Assembly (NCBI GenBank): GCA_010093605.1
Contig: MU004189.1
Coordinates: 1,061,834-1,125,833 of the forward strand
Direction of reading: 5' to 3'
Origin: Lophium mytilinum
Lineage: Eukaryota
DNA: 64,000 bases
In this document: one piece after another, positions 13,240-25,900 of the stretch
How positions within the stretch are numbered: the stretch's first letter is position 1
Layout of the letters: each line of letters begins with the position of its first letter
Notes under the pieces: model-generated
Database searches by the model: none
The model's input: the letters and a program-made list of their open reading frames with translations, nothing else
What the model was told of the DNA's origin: nothing
Program-made: the position numbers and the translations under genes

Positions 13240-16200
13240 CGACTTCGGTAGAAACGGCTTACTTAGTCGTTTGATAATTAATGATAAAGAGCTTACTTGA
13301 GGATCTACTCCCAGTTCCATTTTGACATGCGCTCGTACGCTGCAGGTGTCTTGAGACATCGGCGCGTTGTTGATGTTGACCTGGCCTGATTCATGAAAAC
13401 CAGGGCAATGACGATGCGGCCAGTTCGAATTATGCCTGCTGGCGCCTCGGGCAGTGGCGGATGGAATTACACACTTAGCTATTTTGTTGGCCGCTCCAGA
13501 CGCGTACATTCGCGTTAGCGTGGGGTTATTGGCGACACTGGATCCGCGGCTGCTCGCAGGCAAAAGGCCCATTTCTTCAGCGCCACTGCTGCTAGCCATA
13601 TCCTGAGGGGCTTGCATGACATTTGAGCTCAAAAATTTGCCTCCGACCTGGCAAGCCTCTAGGGCGACGGAGGTCGCCGGGGGACTTCATTCCCGTCTCT
13701 TTTCTCACTCGATCCAACGTTCGACCACGCTGCAGCGTGCAACCGGTCAGTCTGAAAGACACTGCTATAACTATAAGACCGGCGGACAACTAACAAGACA
13801 TGACCCGCCTTGAGAATGCAAGACCGTTAGGCCGTCTGGATGGCCACTCTAGGACATGATAGGGTCGTACAATGTGATATATCATTTATGCCACATGCTC
13901 GCTAAAAATAATCAGATTCAACGCCACGGCAACGGCACGCCCGCCTGCATGCTGCAGATTGCGCGTCATGACAGGTGTCAGCTAGATCCTCTGCTCGAGA
14001 TCGTGCTGCTGCTGGGAGCAGGGAGTTGACTGGACAGCATTCGCTAGCCTTGCGGCGTTCTGCGCACCGAGCGCGCTGGAGGGCGGTAGGAGAGGGGCCT
14101 TGGTGTGCAGGCCAATAGAACAGTCGAGCGTTCCAGGACACGTGCAGCGCGCTGGGACAGTCTTCTTCCCCCACTATGATCACCGCCAGGAACGATGCCC
14201 CAGTACCCAGACATTTCGCGCCAGGGTACCTCAACTCGACACGAGACTGCCCGGAGAAAGTTGGCCTCTGCGTTGCCCTGGGCCGAGATGACGGCAGGAG
14301 GGCGAAGCTAGCCGCGGTGCTACTCGCCAGCACTGAAGCCCGCAGATCTAAGGCGCATCAACTGTACAGTCTCGAACCGTGACACAGGTCGCTGCGGACG
14401 TCAAGAGGGCGGCGTTCCAAATGCTGTCGCTGACATGGTGTGTGACGAGTATGCTGCCACGTCAGGGTGTTGCAAGAATCATTGGACGGCAGACGGCCCG
14501 GACCGAGTTGGAGGAAGTGTCATCTGGCCGGATTCTCGCCCGTGGCCCATGGTTGGCTGGTGGGAGCCGGTAGAGATTCCGCGCATCGATCGCGTCTGTC
14601 CTGCGCCTGGCTCGGGAGCTGACCCCATCCCATGCTTCGAGCCCGGATGCTGTTGACGCATGAGAGACGGCCTCTGGTGCTCATGCGACAAGGTGCTGTG
14701 CAGGGCACGCTGCGGCGTACCTCTGTCTACTTGCGTAGCCGCTGAGGCAGAAGAGACATTCGTTGCGTGGGATATCTTCCTGTGTTAGCATAGCAGTGGA
14801 CTGCAGATAGACCGCAGAGAGGTTGAACCTTGGGATGAAGCCTTGGGGTGGAAATCTGGAAGTCCGCAACAAGGCTGAACCTTGAGATGAAGCCTGGGGG
14901 CGGAAAGATTGGAAGCGCAGCCTTGTGTTTATCTATAGCCTTGGAGAAGGCCGCATGGAGAGCTCGGAACCAGGGACGGTATCCTACCTACGCAAACAAC
15001 CACCCCATCCCACCATCCGACCACCCGGCATCAGTCCATTAGTTCCCCGAGGTACGTGGGGCACTAGCTGACATCGACCGGTTCACTCCCCGCCCAGCCT
15101 CACCGCGCCGTAGCGACTACCCACCTAACCCTTACTCTAAGTTTACACAGTATGTAATTCGTGCGCACGTCCTGCCTCCCTCCGCGTACAGAATATTCCG
15201 TTTCTGCTTTCCAAATATCAATCGCCAAGGCGAATTCTGCCGTTTTGTTACTCTTCTGCTGTGCAATTACGTGACGCATGATCGTGCTCGCGCTAATCCT
15301 TTCGTGGTCTAAAAGGAGTGGACGCAGTGCTCTACGGAAGGGGCACATATACAGCAAGGCGTGTAAAGTAGTCTATGAGGTCCCCATCAAACTCAAGAGA
15401 TGATAACAAAAAGAGCTGACCTCGAATTATGGTTTGTGCTCCACAGATTAGACTTGGCGGCACTGTGGAGTGCCGATCACAACGCACGTCCTAGCGGCGT
15501 CATCTGGTGCCCGCCTGACATGGGTCCATTCCTCCAACTCGCCAACAACCACACTGGCTTCCACTCCGAGTTGGACCTTTCCATGTCTGTGTTACAATTC
15601 CCTGGCACGAAAGGAGATATGCAACGAAAGCTGCTTCTGGGAAGAAAACCGGTGCCAACGCAGAGAGTACTGTTCACCTTCAGCACCGTGAAATCGGTGA
15701 AACAGTGGCCTTTGACGCGCGTAACTGGATGCTGGCTCTAGGCCGACTTGACCCTTTGACCTCCCTGGCTTATCGGCTCCTTCAAGCCCCAACTCGGGCT
15801 CTAGCGCGCGCACGGCGTGGTTGGGCAGTTGGGCAAGGCGGAAGCGCAGGGGGTGGTTGGTTAGCTGCCAATGCAGTCACCGCATCATCACCCAAGACAC
15901 CAATGAGCATCATGGCTTTCCTGTTCAACGCCATGAAATGTTCATACAAATAAGATAGTAACAACCCTTGTATCTGGTCCATCTGCCTTCTTTGCACGCA
16001 TGACCGGCGTGCAGAAACGGTAAGGCATGCAATGAGCGCAAGTGGAAGCAGATCACCTCGCATATGCGGGTCGGAGAGACTGGTGCCGGTAAATGCTAGA
16101 CTTCCAACCTTCGTGCGACCTCGACATGAGGTCGTCTCACCAGGAGCTGGGCATCGAATCAACATAATTCCAGTAGCACCCGGTTGCCCGCGGTGATGCA

Positions 16201-16337
16201 AACCAGTTTATATGTATATAAAGAATGTACTGCCTTGAACTAATTGAACTTTTCTTCATCTCACACCGAGTTTCTCGACATAACCCTTCATTTGAACCCC
16301 GGTTTCGTGTCTTGACTCCGTAACACACCTTCTCAGA

Positions 16338-16678
16338 ATGACTCTTTCGAACACACCAGTAAAGCACAAGCCAACCTTGGCTCCTGCTAAGAATTCCGAG
16401 CTCAACGAAGCAGCGTCTGTGGTTACAAACCAGCAAGCTAAGATCGCTTCGAAGTCTGCCCCCAGGTCGGCACACGAGTGTGGCCAACCTGTACGATCCC
16501 ACTCCGAAACAGTTACCGTAATGTCACTGACATATTTCTGCTCCAGGGCATCGATGAAACATCCAAGTCCATTAGAACGAGCGAGCCCGCCTTGGAGAAC
16601 AACATGTACAAGCCCATCGAACGTTGGCTGAGCGAGACTGCGAAGGAGGAATACTGGCACACTGAGAGTCGGACATAG
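16338..16678 (+). CDS. RW-x9-W microprotein copy 3 (94 aa); exons 16338-16490, 16547-16678
   Basis: Phase-0 GTACGA..ACTGAC..CAG intron; motif MYKPIERWLSETAKEEYWHTESRT*; TATATAAAG at ~16215. Confidence 0.8.
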
Positions 16679-19148
16679 TGCTATGAAGCACACCGGGTCT
16701 TTGTAGTAGATAACAGCTTGGACTTCGAAGAGAGAATTATACAGTTCACATTCGAATGAACTCAATGGACGTTAATTAGTGCCAAAAAATCTACTTTTTA
16801 GCTCTGAGAGAAACATGAATGGTACCTTGATAGTATCATGAACATAACAAGACACAGATAGGCAAAACGAATAAAAATTGCTCACATCCTTTGTCATAAT
16901 ACCGACTTTCGGAGCATGCAACCGCATAGTCCTGACAGTCTTTGCTTCCCGGTGAAAAAAATCTTGGTATCACCTAATTCTAAGTATGGCGAGGGTATTG
17001 AGCCTTGGGGTTGAGAACCCGTGCGTGATGGACTAAGTGGACGTTTGACGCATCAGTAGCGCTGGCACTTCCACAACCAGTGATAAATTTTTACCGGAGC
17101 CTTTATGCCCGGCAAATGAAGAAAGTCCTCGGACCGTTCAGGATAGAGCCGGGCTGAACCTCCAGTGTCGACGCAAAGAGTGAGAGGACGAGAGAGCGTG
17201 CGTGGATCTGTATGGCTGGCTACGCCGCATCGCATCATATCCACAGAGTCGTGAAAAGGCAGTAGCGCCATCATTCTCATCAGCTAAGAAGCTACCGGAC
17301 GGGCGCGGCAGAAAATTGTATGCACCAGGTACGATTGAGACATAATCTATCCGTGGCCAATAGTGACACACAAGGTACGATTGAGACATAATATACCCAT
17401 GGCCAACAATGACACAAAAGGCTTACTAGTTCATTGTAAGCCTATTACTGGAGCCGGAGATAATCGCACAGGTGCAATGCCCACCAAGGTGGATGCTGGG
17501 GATGAAGCAACCATCAATTTCATCAGCTAAGAAGCTGCCAGATGTTTAAAACGTGAGGCTATGGCAAAGCTCTCGGCGTGAGGGGTGCATGATATGGATG
17601 CGTTGGCATTCGAGAGGCTAGTCAGGCTTATCTGAAGTTGCATGAGAGGGTGCGCACTAAGCCGGTCACAGGTCTCCACACCGGAGGCTCATATGTCACC
17701 GCTCCAAGGAATACACAGCAGAGTCAAGTCGGACAGGGCTTAGCTGGTGTTCTAACAGGCTAGTCGCATGAGAGGCTGCATAGGGTGTCTGCTGAGAGAA
17801 TATGCCCGGTATCTGAGGAACTCTGTGGATCCTCCATTTGTGACTGGTATTCGTTCACGTCACCGGTGACCCGTCCACGGCCCGGGACAATGGTAGGATC
17901 ATAAATGAGAAGATAACAATTGCGCGTATGAGCATCAATCGCTCAACGGACGGAACTAAAATTCATCCTATTGCTAACATAACCCGATTTACCTATCGCT
18001 AGGTCGGGTGGCATATTTCTCTTAAGCTGGTCCGCGGGAGGAAAAGGCAACTGCAATGTGATTTGGTGGGGACGTGAGAAAGTGCCCCAGCCAAAAGATC
18101 GGCGAGCAGTGCTTGCTGCGCGGGAGTGCTTCGCTGCCGTGCAAGGCGGAGATGCTGCGCCATTTTGCAGCTGGAGAGGGCGTCTCGGGTACTGACTGGC
18201 CAGCGTTGGACCCAGCGCACTTCTGCTGAGCAGCCCGGTGCGGTATGGGGTTTGGAGAATCGTTGCTGCTTCGGGTAGCATGGCAGTGGTAGAAATCGTG
18301 GGCCGAAGCGAAGTGGACTTGAATTAAGGTTGTATGCAAGGTGCCGTGAAGGCTAGGGCTCGCGCAACCGCTCACCACGCTAGGGCCCGCGCGGCCGCTC
18401 ACTTGTTTCGCCGCGCTCCCACTTCGCTGCGCTTCCACAACGCTGCCGGGGACGAGCAACCCGGACCCACTCGACTTCCATGACGCTGCAGCCCGACTCA
18501 GTTGATTCGTCCGTTTCACGCTGCTTACGAGCTAGCTGGGATTGATCAAGCTGGATCATGCACCCCTCACGCCGAGAGCTTTGCCATAGCCCCACGCTTC
18601 AAGCACCTGGCAGCTTCTTAGCAGAAATTGATGGTTACCTCATCCCCAGCATCCACCTTGGTGGGCATTGCAGCTGTCCTGGACACCTTTCCGCGTCCGA
18701 GTGGCACACCCGAAACCCAATCAAATCCCAGAAACAGCAACGCTAAGCCTAGTCAAGCTAATCGCGCGGTCTCTGAATTGCCTGAGCCGCCATGCAAAAG
18801 AGAGAGAGAAAAAAAGTCGTATCCAGTTCATCTGCCTTCTTTACCTGCATGACCAGCCTATGGCAAAATGAGCGCACGTAAAAGGGCGGATGGGAGCCCG
18901 AGGGTCCCTCCGCACCCACCATAGTGGACACTTCTCATATTGTTATAAAGGCTCTGTTATTCCAAACCGACCGAGCGTTCTTTCAGCACACATTGAGCCT
19001 TTCAGGTCTGCCTTTGTACCCTGAATACTCCTTTGACGCCTTGGCTCCTCCGGTTGCTAACACTACTCATACGGCACCCCCTTCGTACACTTTCCCGAAG
19101 AATCCTCCTCTTGTATCCGTAGAGCACTAGCTGTAACGACGATCAACG

Positions 19149-19456
19149 ATGCATCTTCCACAAGCCGTGCAGTCTAAGGAAAGTCACTCTGAGACCAAAG
19201 ACGAGAAGACTGGGACTACTCCGAAATCCACGAGCAGTCCCAGAGTCGCAAATGACAACAGTGACAAGGTACCACGCCATCTCCACCTAGTTTCCCTGCA
19301 ATACTGACACTGTCCATGATTAAGATAGTCGGCAACCCCTCTGAAGACATCAAGACCAACGAATTACGTCCAGGAATCACTCGATGCAGTCCTCTTGAAC
19401 GCTGGCTGAATGAGACTGCGAAGGAGGAATACTGGCACACTGAGAGTCGGACGTGA
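19149..19456 (+). CDS. RW-x9-W microprotein copy 4 (83 aa); exons 19149-19268, 19325-19456
   Basis: Phase-0 GTACCA..ACTGAC..AAG intron; motif RCSPLERWLNETAKEEYWHTESRT*; TATAAAG at ~18944. Confidence 0.78.
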
Positions 19457-19750
19457 TACCACGAAGCATATCGTGGTCGTAAAGCATGCTAGTAGCTCGG
19501 GAATAGTTCAAGCACGGCTTCAGGTTACACACCGTTCGACTTCGGCTGAGACTGATCACTGATGCGGGTGGATGTATGCTTCTGAGAGTTCGGAAAGCTA
19601 TAATAGATACTTCGAAAGTAGTCTAAATAGGCCTTCGAGTATATGATTAGTAGGAAACGGATATCTACCCTACCTATATCATTGTAAAGTAGTCAGCTAT
19701 AAGCTGCACCCACAGAAGGTTCAGGAGCTTCCCGCTGAGCAACCGAAAAC

Positions 19751-19890
19751 ACCACCTTTGACCGTAAATGCGGACGAAGGTTTGTACTACCTTTATCATC
19801 ACTCCTCCCTAGTTATGACCGGCATGCCACTCTAGCAAACACATGGACAAGCATGACCGGCCCTACAAGTGCTCCGTCGCGGCGTACGAG
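19751..19890 (+). pseudogene. Fragment of a fungal C2H2 zinc-finger transcription factor gene
   Basis: TTFDRKCGR-[intron 19780-19835]-SKHMDKHDRPYKCSV resembles the fungal C2H2 signature F(D/E)RKCEWSKHMDKHDRPYKC. No start or continuation is visible. Confidence 0.65.
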
Positions 19891-20157
19891 TCTTGGCATC
19901 ACGTGACCTGGAGACTTTTGCCCAATCGCGATTGGAATAGAGGCTACGCATGTCCTACTCTCGTATGAGATCTTGAGTGAATGCCGAATGAAAGGACTCG
20001 AATGTATTAGATGAGGAAATGCGTTAATGAGAATTTGGCGTAGAGAACACCGATGTTGCTAGGAACACGTAACCTTGCGATAAAATGCTTGACGTCCCGA
20101 GAGCGTTCGAATAAGCCACTGTGGCAGCGGATGCTTAACCCGAGCAGGTGCTTGAAA

Positions 20158-20500
20158 CCGGTACCGACCGAGATCTCCTAGACACTCGATCCAGGTGTCT
20201 TCAAATGTGGGCACGGTTTCGTAGAGCAGAGACATCATCTGTAGGCTAGATAGAGAAAAGCTAGCATGTAATCTAGCGACTCTGGCATCCGGCGTCTTAG
20301 CAGCTTAAGGAAAGAGTGAATACCGTGCTTCCACATCCGCGCCGGCATTGAGTACTTGGAGGCAAGACGGCGCAGTGCAGGAGAGGCCAAAAGGTGCCGA
20401 CTGGCAAGAAAAAAGTCATGATGTTCATGCAACAAGGTCCTATGCAGCGCGATCAACGCTTGCCAGTGGTCATTCGTCAGCCTGGAGTCTCCGACTGTCC
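20158..20500 (-). pseudogene. Est1/SMG6-7-like (Est1 DNA/RNA-binding family) pseudogene fragment A
   Basis: WQALIALHRTLLHEHHDFFLAS...PALRRLASKYSMPARMWKHGIHSFL...DYMLAFLYLAY, then a 1-nt frameshift at ~20241, then MMSLLYETVPTFEDTWIECLGDLGRYR and abrupt truncation. Confidence 0.8.
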
Positions 20501-21775
20501 GATCTTCAAGTAAGAAAGAAACGGGGCTGAGCAACACTGCACCGCAAGGCTAGCAAATCACATCTCCGCAATCCCTACCCGGAAACATCGGCAGTCGGCG
20601 AACTGTGAGGTCGGCGAACTGTGCCACCCGCAATGGTAAGAGTGCCACCAGCCCCCAGCTAGCTTGATACAGTTTAAGAGAACTCTGATCAGAACCACAT
20701 ATGGGTATCAGGTACTTGAATCTCTCTACGTATGGAGCACCGTCGACAGCTGCATCCGCGGGTATTTTCCAGCCTCCTACGTCATGCGCTCTCAGATCAT
20801 GACTAGGATGCATTCTCAGTGGTGTACGCTCCAGAATCTACTTCGAAGCTAGAAAGTTGCTATGTTCAGCTGGATTCATACTTGTAGATTGGAGAATAAT
20901 AGGATTTAAAGAGATATTGCAGCCCTATTCAGCAGAGAGGTGACCGCTGTTGAATTCTTCCAGCCTTGCGGCGCGCAAGGCTGTTCATCGAGATCCCCAT
21001 GAACTTCGCAGTGCAAAGAGCAGCGCGGTGCCCAAGTAGGAAGAAACGTCCGGAGAGCGTGGGATGAATCATCCCGTGCGAAGTTGTCTTAGAAGAGTGG
21101 GGTTTGGACCGCAACCTGCAACCTGGGAGACAGCTTGGACGTCGGGGACATGCAGACAGGGGCTCGGGGGCGTTTGAGATGAGGCGGGGTGCCCATCGTC
21201 GCACTCGGGGCGGTGGGGGCAGGCCAGCCCAAAATCGAGGGCCCGTCCAGTCGTCCAATAGTGCAGCAGAGCCCGCTCGTCGAGAGCGTGAAAGGAGCGT
21301 GGGGGGACATGAGGGAAATTAGTATCCCAGCCAGTGTGGTGACTGCTTGACAGCTAGCCGAGCCAATCAGCAGCGCGGTTGGACCTACTTCCAGCTGCAA
21401 GACCACGCCTCACGCATGGCATAGCACTCGCATGGTGATGATGGCGCTGAGATGCAGCACATGGAGCAAGCAGGTCTCCGAATCTGTCCATCTGCCTTCT
21501 GTTGCCTTGCAAGCCAACTTGCAGTGCAATAATCACTTGCATTTCCACCATGCAGGAGTGAGAATTGCGAGGGAAAGTCCGGTGTAGTCTTCCGCGGTCG
21601 CAGTATGGACTGCTTTGATGTGGCATAAAAGGCTACGCTCTCCTCGACATGGCCGCATTTTCTTGTTGATCTTCAGCGGCCGATTGTTTGATCATTTCTT
21701 GCTTTTGGAAACTGTACCTCTTAGTCTATACCTTCTCGGTTCAAAAACACTCAGAACGCACGGCGCAACCATACC

Positions 21776-22114
21776 ATGGCGGATCATAATGCGAGTCAGC
21801 CCAATGAAAATGATGCTGGGAATAAAGAGTTGATCCCTTCGCGGGTATCCGATGCAAAGGGCGGCCCGTCCTTGAAAGCCAATGGTCTTAAGGTACGATC
21901 GAGATTGCCGTTGAAATATCCAGGCCTCTGACGTCAATTATTTTTTCAGCAATTTCAGACGATTAATGGCTGCTCTGATCCTACTGCTGGCAACTTCGAA
22001 GGCCATTCCAAGGATGAGGCGAAAAAAGAGCTACCGTATTCGATGATTCGCTGGCTCAACCAGGCGCCAGAGGAGGAATACTGGAATTCTGAAGATTCTG
22101 GCAGGTGTACGTAA
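21776..22114 (+). CDS. RW-x9-W microprotein copy 5 (93 aa); exons 21776-21892, 21950-22114
   Basis: ATACCATG start; phase-0 GTACGA..CTGAC..TTTTCAG intron; motif LPYSMIRWLNQAPEEEYWNSEDSG; CATAAAA at ~21624. Confidence 0.8.
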
Positions 22115-22924
22115 TTGTGCCTTCTTCTTGTCAGTCGGACTCGCTGGATTGGGGATTGGGTGGAAAAGGAAGGGGTTTGTAAAAGTTTTGACTTCGCAAG
22201 ACACTAAAAGTCCCTCTATGTATGAGAGTTTCTCCTCGCATCTTGTTCTGAGCGATGTGCTCAGAAATTGGAACGTGATGCTCAAGTGTCTCTGCCAGAC
22301 GTAACGCTGCGGAGGAGACAGGGCGGAATGAAACTCAGAAGTAGCCACTCGGAAGAGATGGCGCATAGCTCAAGCCACCGCTTCTGATCTATATGAACGT
22401 GTTTGAATGCGTTTCGGAGGAAGAAGAAGCAAAATGGAGTTGCGGGGAAGCTGAGGGGTAAGGCTGATGTTCTCGTGCCCCCACCCCCACGTATCCCACG
22501 CACATGGCAGGCCCAAGAGTGGGTCATTCCCGTCCCGGAGCCGACCCGCTGGCGCCGTTAGTTCGATAGCGCTACCGTGTTCTTTCTGCCAACTGAGAAG
22601 CCATGCTTGGCAATGCTTAAATTTTCAGCGAATCAGGTCAACGCCAGTGACCTGAATTGTGGGCCACCCGCACCTGAGCCTGTCTGACATCTCCGCTAGG
22701 AGGCCGCTAGGATCCACCTCCAACGCTCTTGAGTTTAGGGGATCGACTAGCGCTGCCAAGCGTGGCTTCTTAGTTGGTAGAAAGAACACGGTAGTCGTGC
22801 ACCAACTCTTCTCGCACGTCATGCCATCTTCTTAATATCTTTCACATAACATGTACTACATCTTCACCCACGAGGCTGCGTGCACATAGCTCTGATAATA
22901 ATACGTAGTCTCGAGACTAGGCTA

Positions 22925-25900
22925 GAAGGCTGCACCGGCTCGTGCACCGGACTAGCTTGTGCACGCGCTTTGTTACGAACCCAGGACGCGAGCTATCCCA
23001 GGACAAGCGTCCCAGGAGGAGGACGGCCCCAGGACAGATGTCCTAGGACCAACGGTGTGCCAGGACACAGGCTGTCCCAGGACAAACATCCTAGGACGAG
23101 TAGGGTCCCAGGATAGAGGTACCAGGACCCAAGGGGACCTAGTACAGTAAGATAGATGCAGTTCCAGCCGTATCTATATACAGGAGGGTATTTAGAGGAT
23201 AATAGAAAGGCAACTAGAAAAGGTAGTAGTTATAGAATATAAGGTTATATAACTAATCTTCTAGATCTTACTTAGTATAAATACTAAGGGTAAAATTAAA
23301 AAGAGTAGAGAGTAATCTCTATAATCTTAGTAATCTTATATTAAGAATAGAGATTAGAGAGAATAGAGAGAGTAGAACTAAATTATATAAAGGTTAAATA
23401 ACTATAAGAGTCTAGAGAATTCCCTATTATCTTTTATTCTTTATACTTAACTTCTTATTATATCTAGTATATAGAACTTAATAGCAATTAATTATAACTT
23501 AAGTATTTTAACTATCTTTATATACTTTTAATACTATTAAAGCTACCTTTCTTTTAATATTCTACTTATTTATACTTAAACCTTATATTATATATTAGCC
23601 TATAACGCAGTTAACTAGTAGGTAAGTAGAAACCTAACTATCTAGACTCTCCCTCTAAAGTCTCTTAGTATAATCTTTAGGTAAATAGGTAGTTTATAAT
23701 ACTTTAAGTACCTATAAGTATTAGATACCTGTGTAATAAGTTAAGCTATTCTAGTAATATTTATAACTTTAGAAATAACTAGTTAGCCTACTATAGTATA
23801 GTATATAGTAGAGTAGAATAGATAGCTTATAGAGCTATATACTATAATATTATAGCTTTAGATAAGAGCGGAGTAGTAGGCTTAGGCCTAGTTAACTAAG
23901 GTACCTTTACTAAGAAAGTATAATAGTACCTAAGGAAAGCTTAATAGCTTTCTTATAGAAATATAACTTTACCTTTACTATAACTAGGCTATATACTCTA
24001 AGAAACCTAATAAGGTTCTAGTAGTAGGTATATACCTAGAGGGTAATGCCCTTATATAGTTCTACCTAATAATAGAAAATTTCCTTAATAATTCTGCGGA
24101 TAAATAAGATAATAATACTAGAAGAGTCTTTAGAAACTATACTATCTTTAAGAAATATATTAGGGATATCTATAGAGACTCTAACGCAACCTAAACTACT
24201 ATATATAAACTCTAGTACCTTAAATAGACTAGAATAGTAGCGGAATATATAGCTAAGTTTTAATAGTATTTAGCGCAACTTAACTAGAATAAGAGCCTTC
24301 TAGTTAAATAGTATTATGCGGGTCTTATAAATAAGATTAAGAATAAGTTTATAAGTATTAACTAACTAACTAAACTTAGTAAGATAGTTAAACTCTATAA
24401 CTAGATTAATAACCGCCATATTAAGAGAATATTAGAAAAGAAGAGCTAGTAAAAACTAGTAGTAACTATAGAGAAGAGATAGAAGTACTCTTAGAATAAT
24501 TACTATAGAGACCTAATAGATTTAGACTATATTAGTAAATAGGCCCTAAAGAAGAAATAGATAAAAAAGAAGAACTCTAAGCCTAACTTTTAGAGGCTAA
24601 ATAAGAACTAGCTTAAGAAATAGTATAATAATAACGCGTGCCTATAGTATAGTAAGACCGGCCACTACTAATAAGACTATCTAGCGGGAGAGTTTAAGGG
24701 TAGTCTAGGAATAAGTACTAATACTAGAGTTACTATAATCTAGAACTAGCTACTAGAGAATATAGAAATCCTACTTAACTAAGCATAGATTAATACTTGC
24801 ATCCGGCGCAAGGTGTACTAGATCTGCGGGATACTAACCTACTAAGAACTAGAGTATAAGATAGAATATTAGGAAATCTATATAGACTATAATAGATATA
24901 ATAAAAAGAAACTATTTCTTAGGGAAATTAGGGCCTAGTATATAGATACCTACGCTAAGGTATAAAAAATATATATAGAGTACTGCGCTAGGTAAAAGCT
25001 TAAAGAAGAAGAATAGATATATAATGCGCAAGAGAAATAGGCAGCTTATTATAAGAAGAGATAATAGTATAATATACTACTATAGATAATATATAAACTA
25101 GAGGGATATAATATCTATAGTTTATAATAAATAGACGCTAATAGGTAAAGAGTAGTAAAGAAACTAATACCCTATAGAAATATAAGTTTTATAGCGTGCT
25201 ATAATAATAACTATTAAATATATTACTAGGCTAAGGAAGAAAGTAATTACTTTTCTTAGAAGGTAGAATTATAGAAGATAAGAGTAGATACTCTAAGACC
25301 CCCTACTAAGGTTAAACCTATAATACTAAAATAATCTACTAGTATCTTTATAGATAAAGAGTTAGCTAAAGTAATAAAGAACCTTAATATAGATAAAGAT
25401 TTTATTATAATTAATAATAAAGCCCTAGAAGACTAGGGCTTAAAAGAGTTAGATAACTCTAACGCCTAGAAAAATATTAGCGCTAGAAACTAGCTTAACT
25501 AGATAGAAGAGACTATAGTGGAACTAATAGACGCCCCTATAGATAAAGAGTCTAGCAATAAAAATAACTATAGAAGTAATAAATACTAAGTACTCTATTA
25601 GATATAGTATAAGAATAGATATAGGTACTACTAAAAAGGAAAGAGAGTAATAGGATAGAATACTAAGGACTAGTACTATCTACTCTTACGCTTAGTAGAA
25701 TGCTTTAAGAGTGCCGGATGCTATATCTATAGCATAGACCTATAGTCTAGAGTTCTAATAGATCTAAAAAACTAGTAGGCTACTAGACTAAGAAATTACT
25801 AGAAAATATAGTAATAATATTTCTAAGAAATATATATAGTATATAGCCCCGGTTATACTTATATATTAACTTTAAGATTAATAAGAGACTTAAAGGAAAA

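Noticed and set aside
13099..13632. 177-aa minus-strand ORF
   Set aside because: No recognisable motif and it overlaps array copy 2 antisense; likely spurious.
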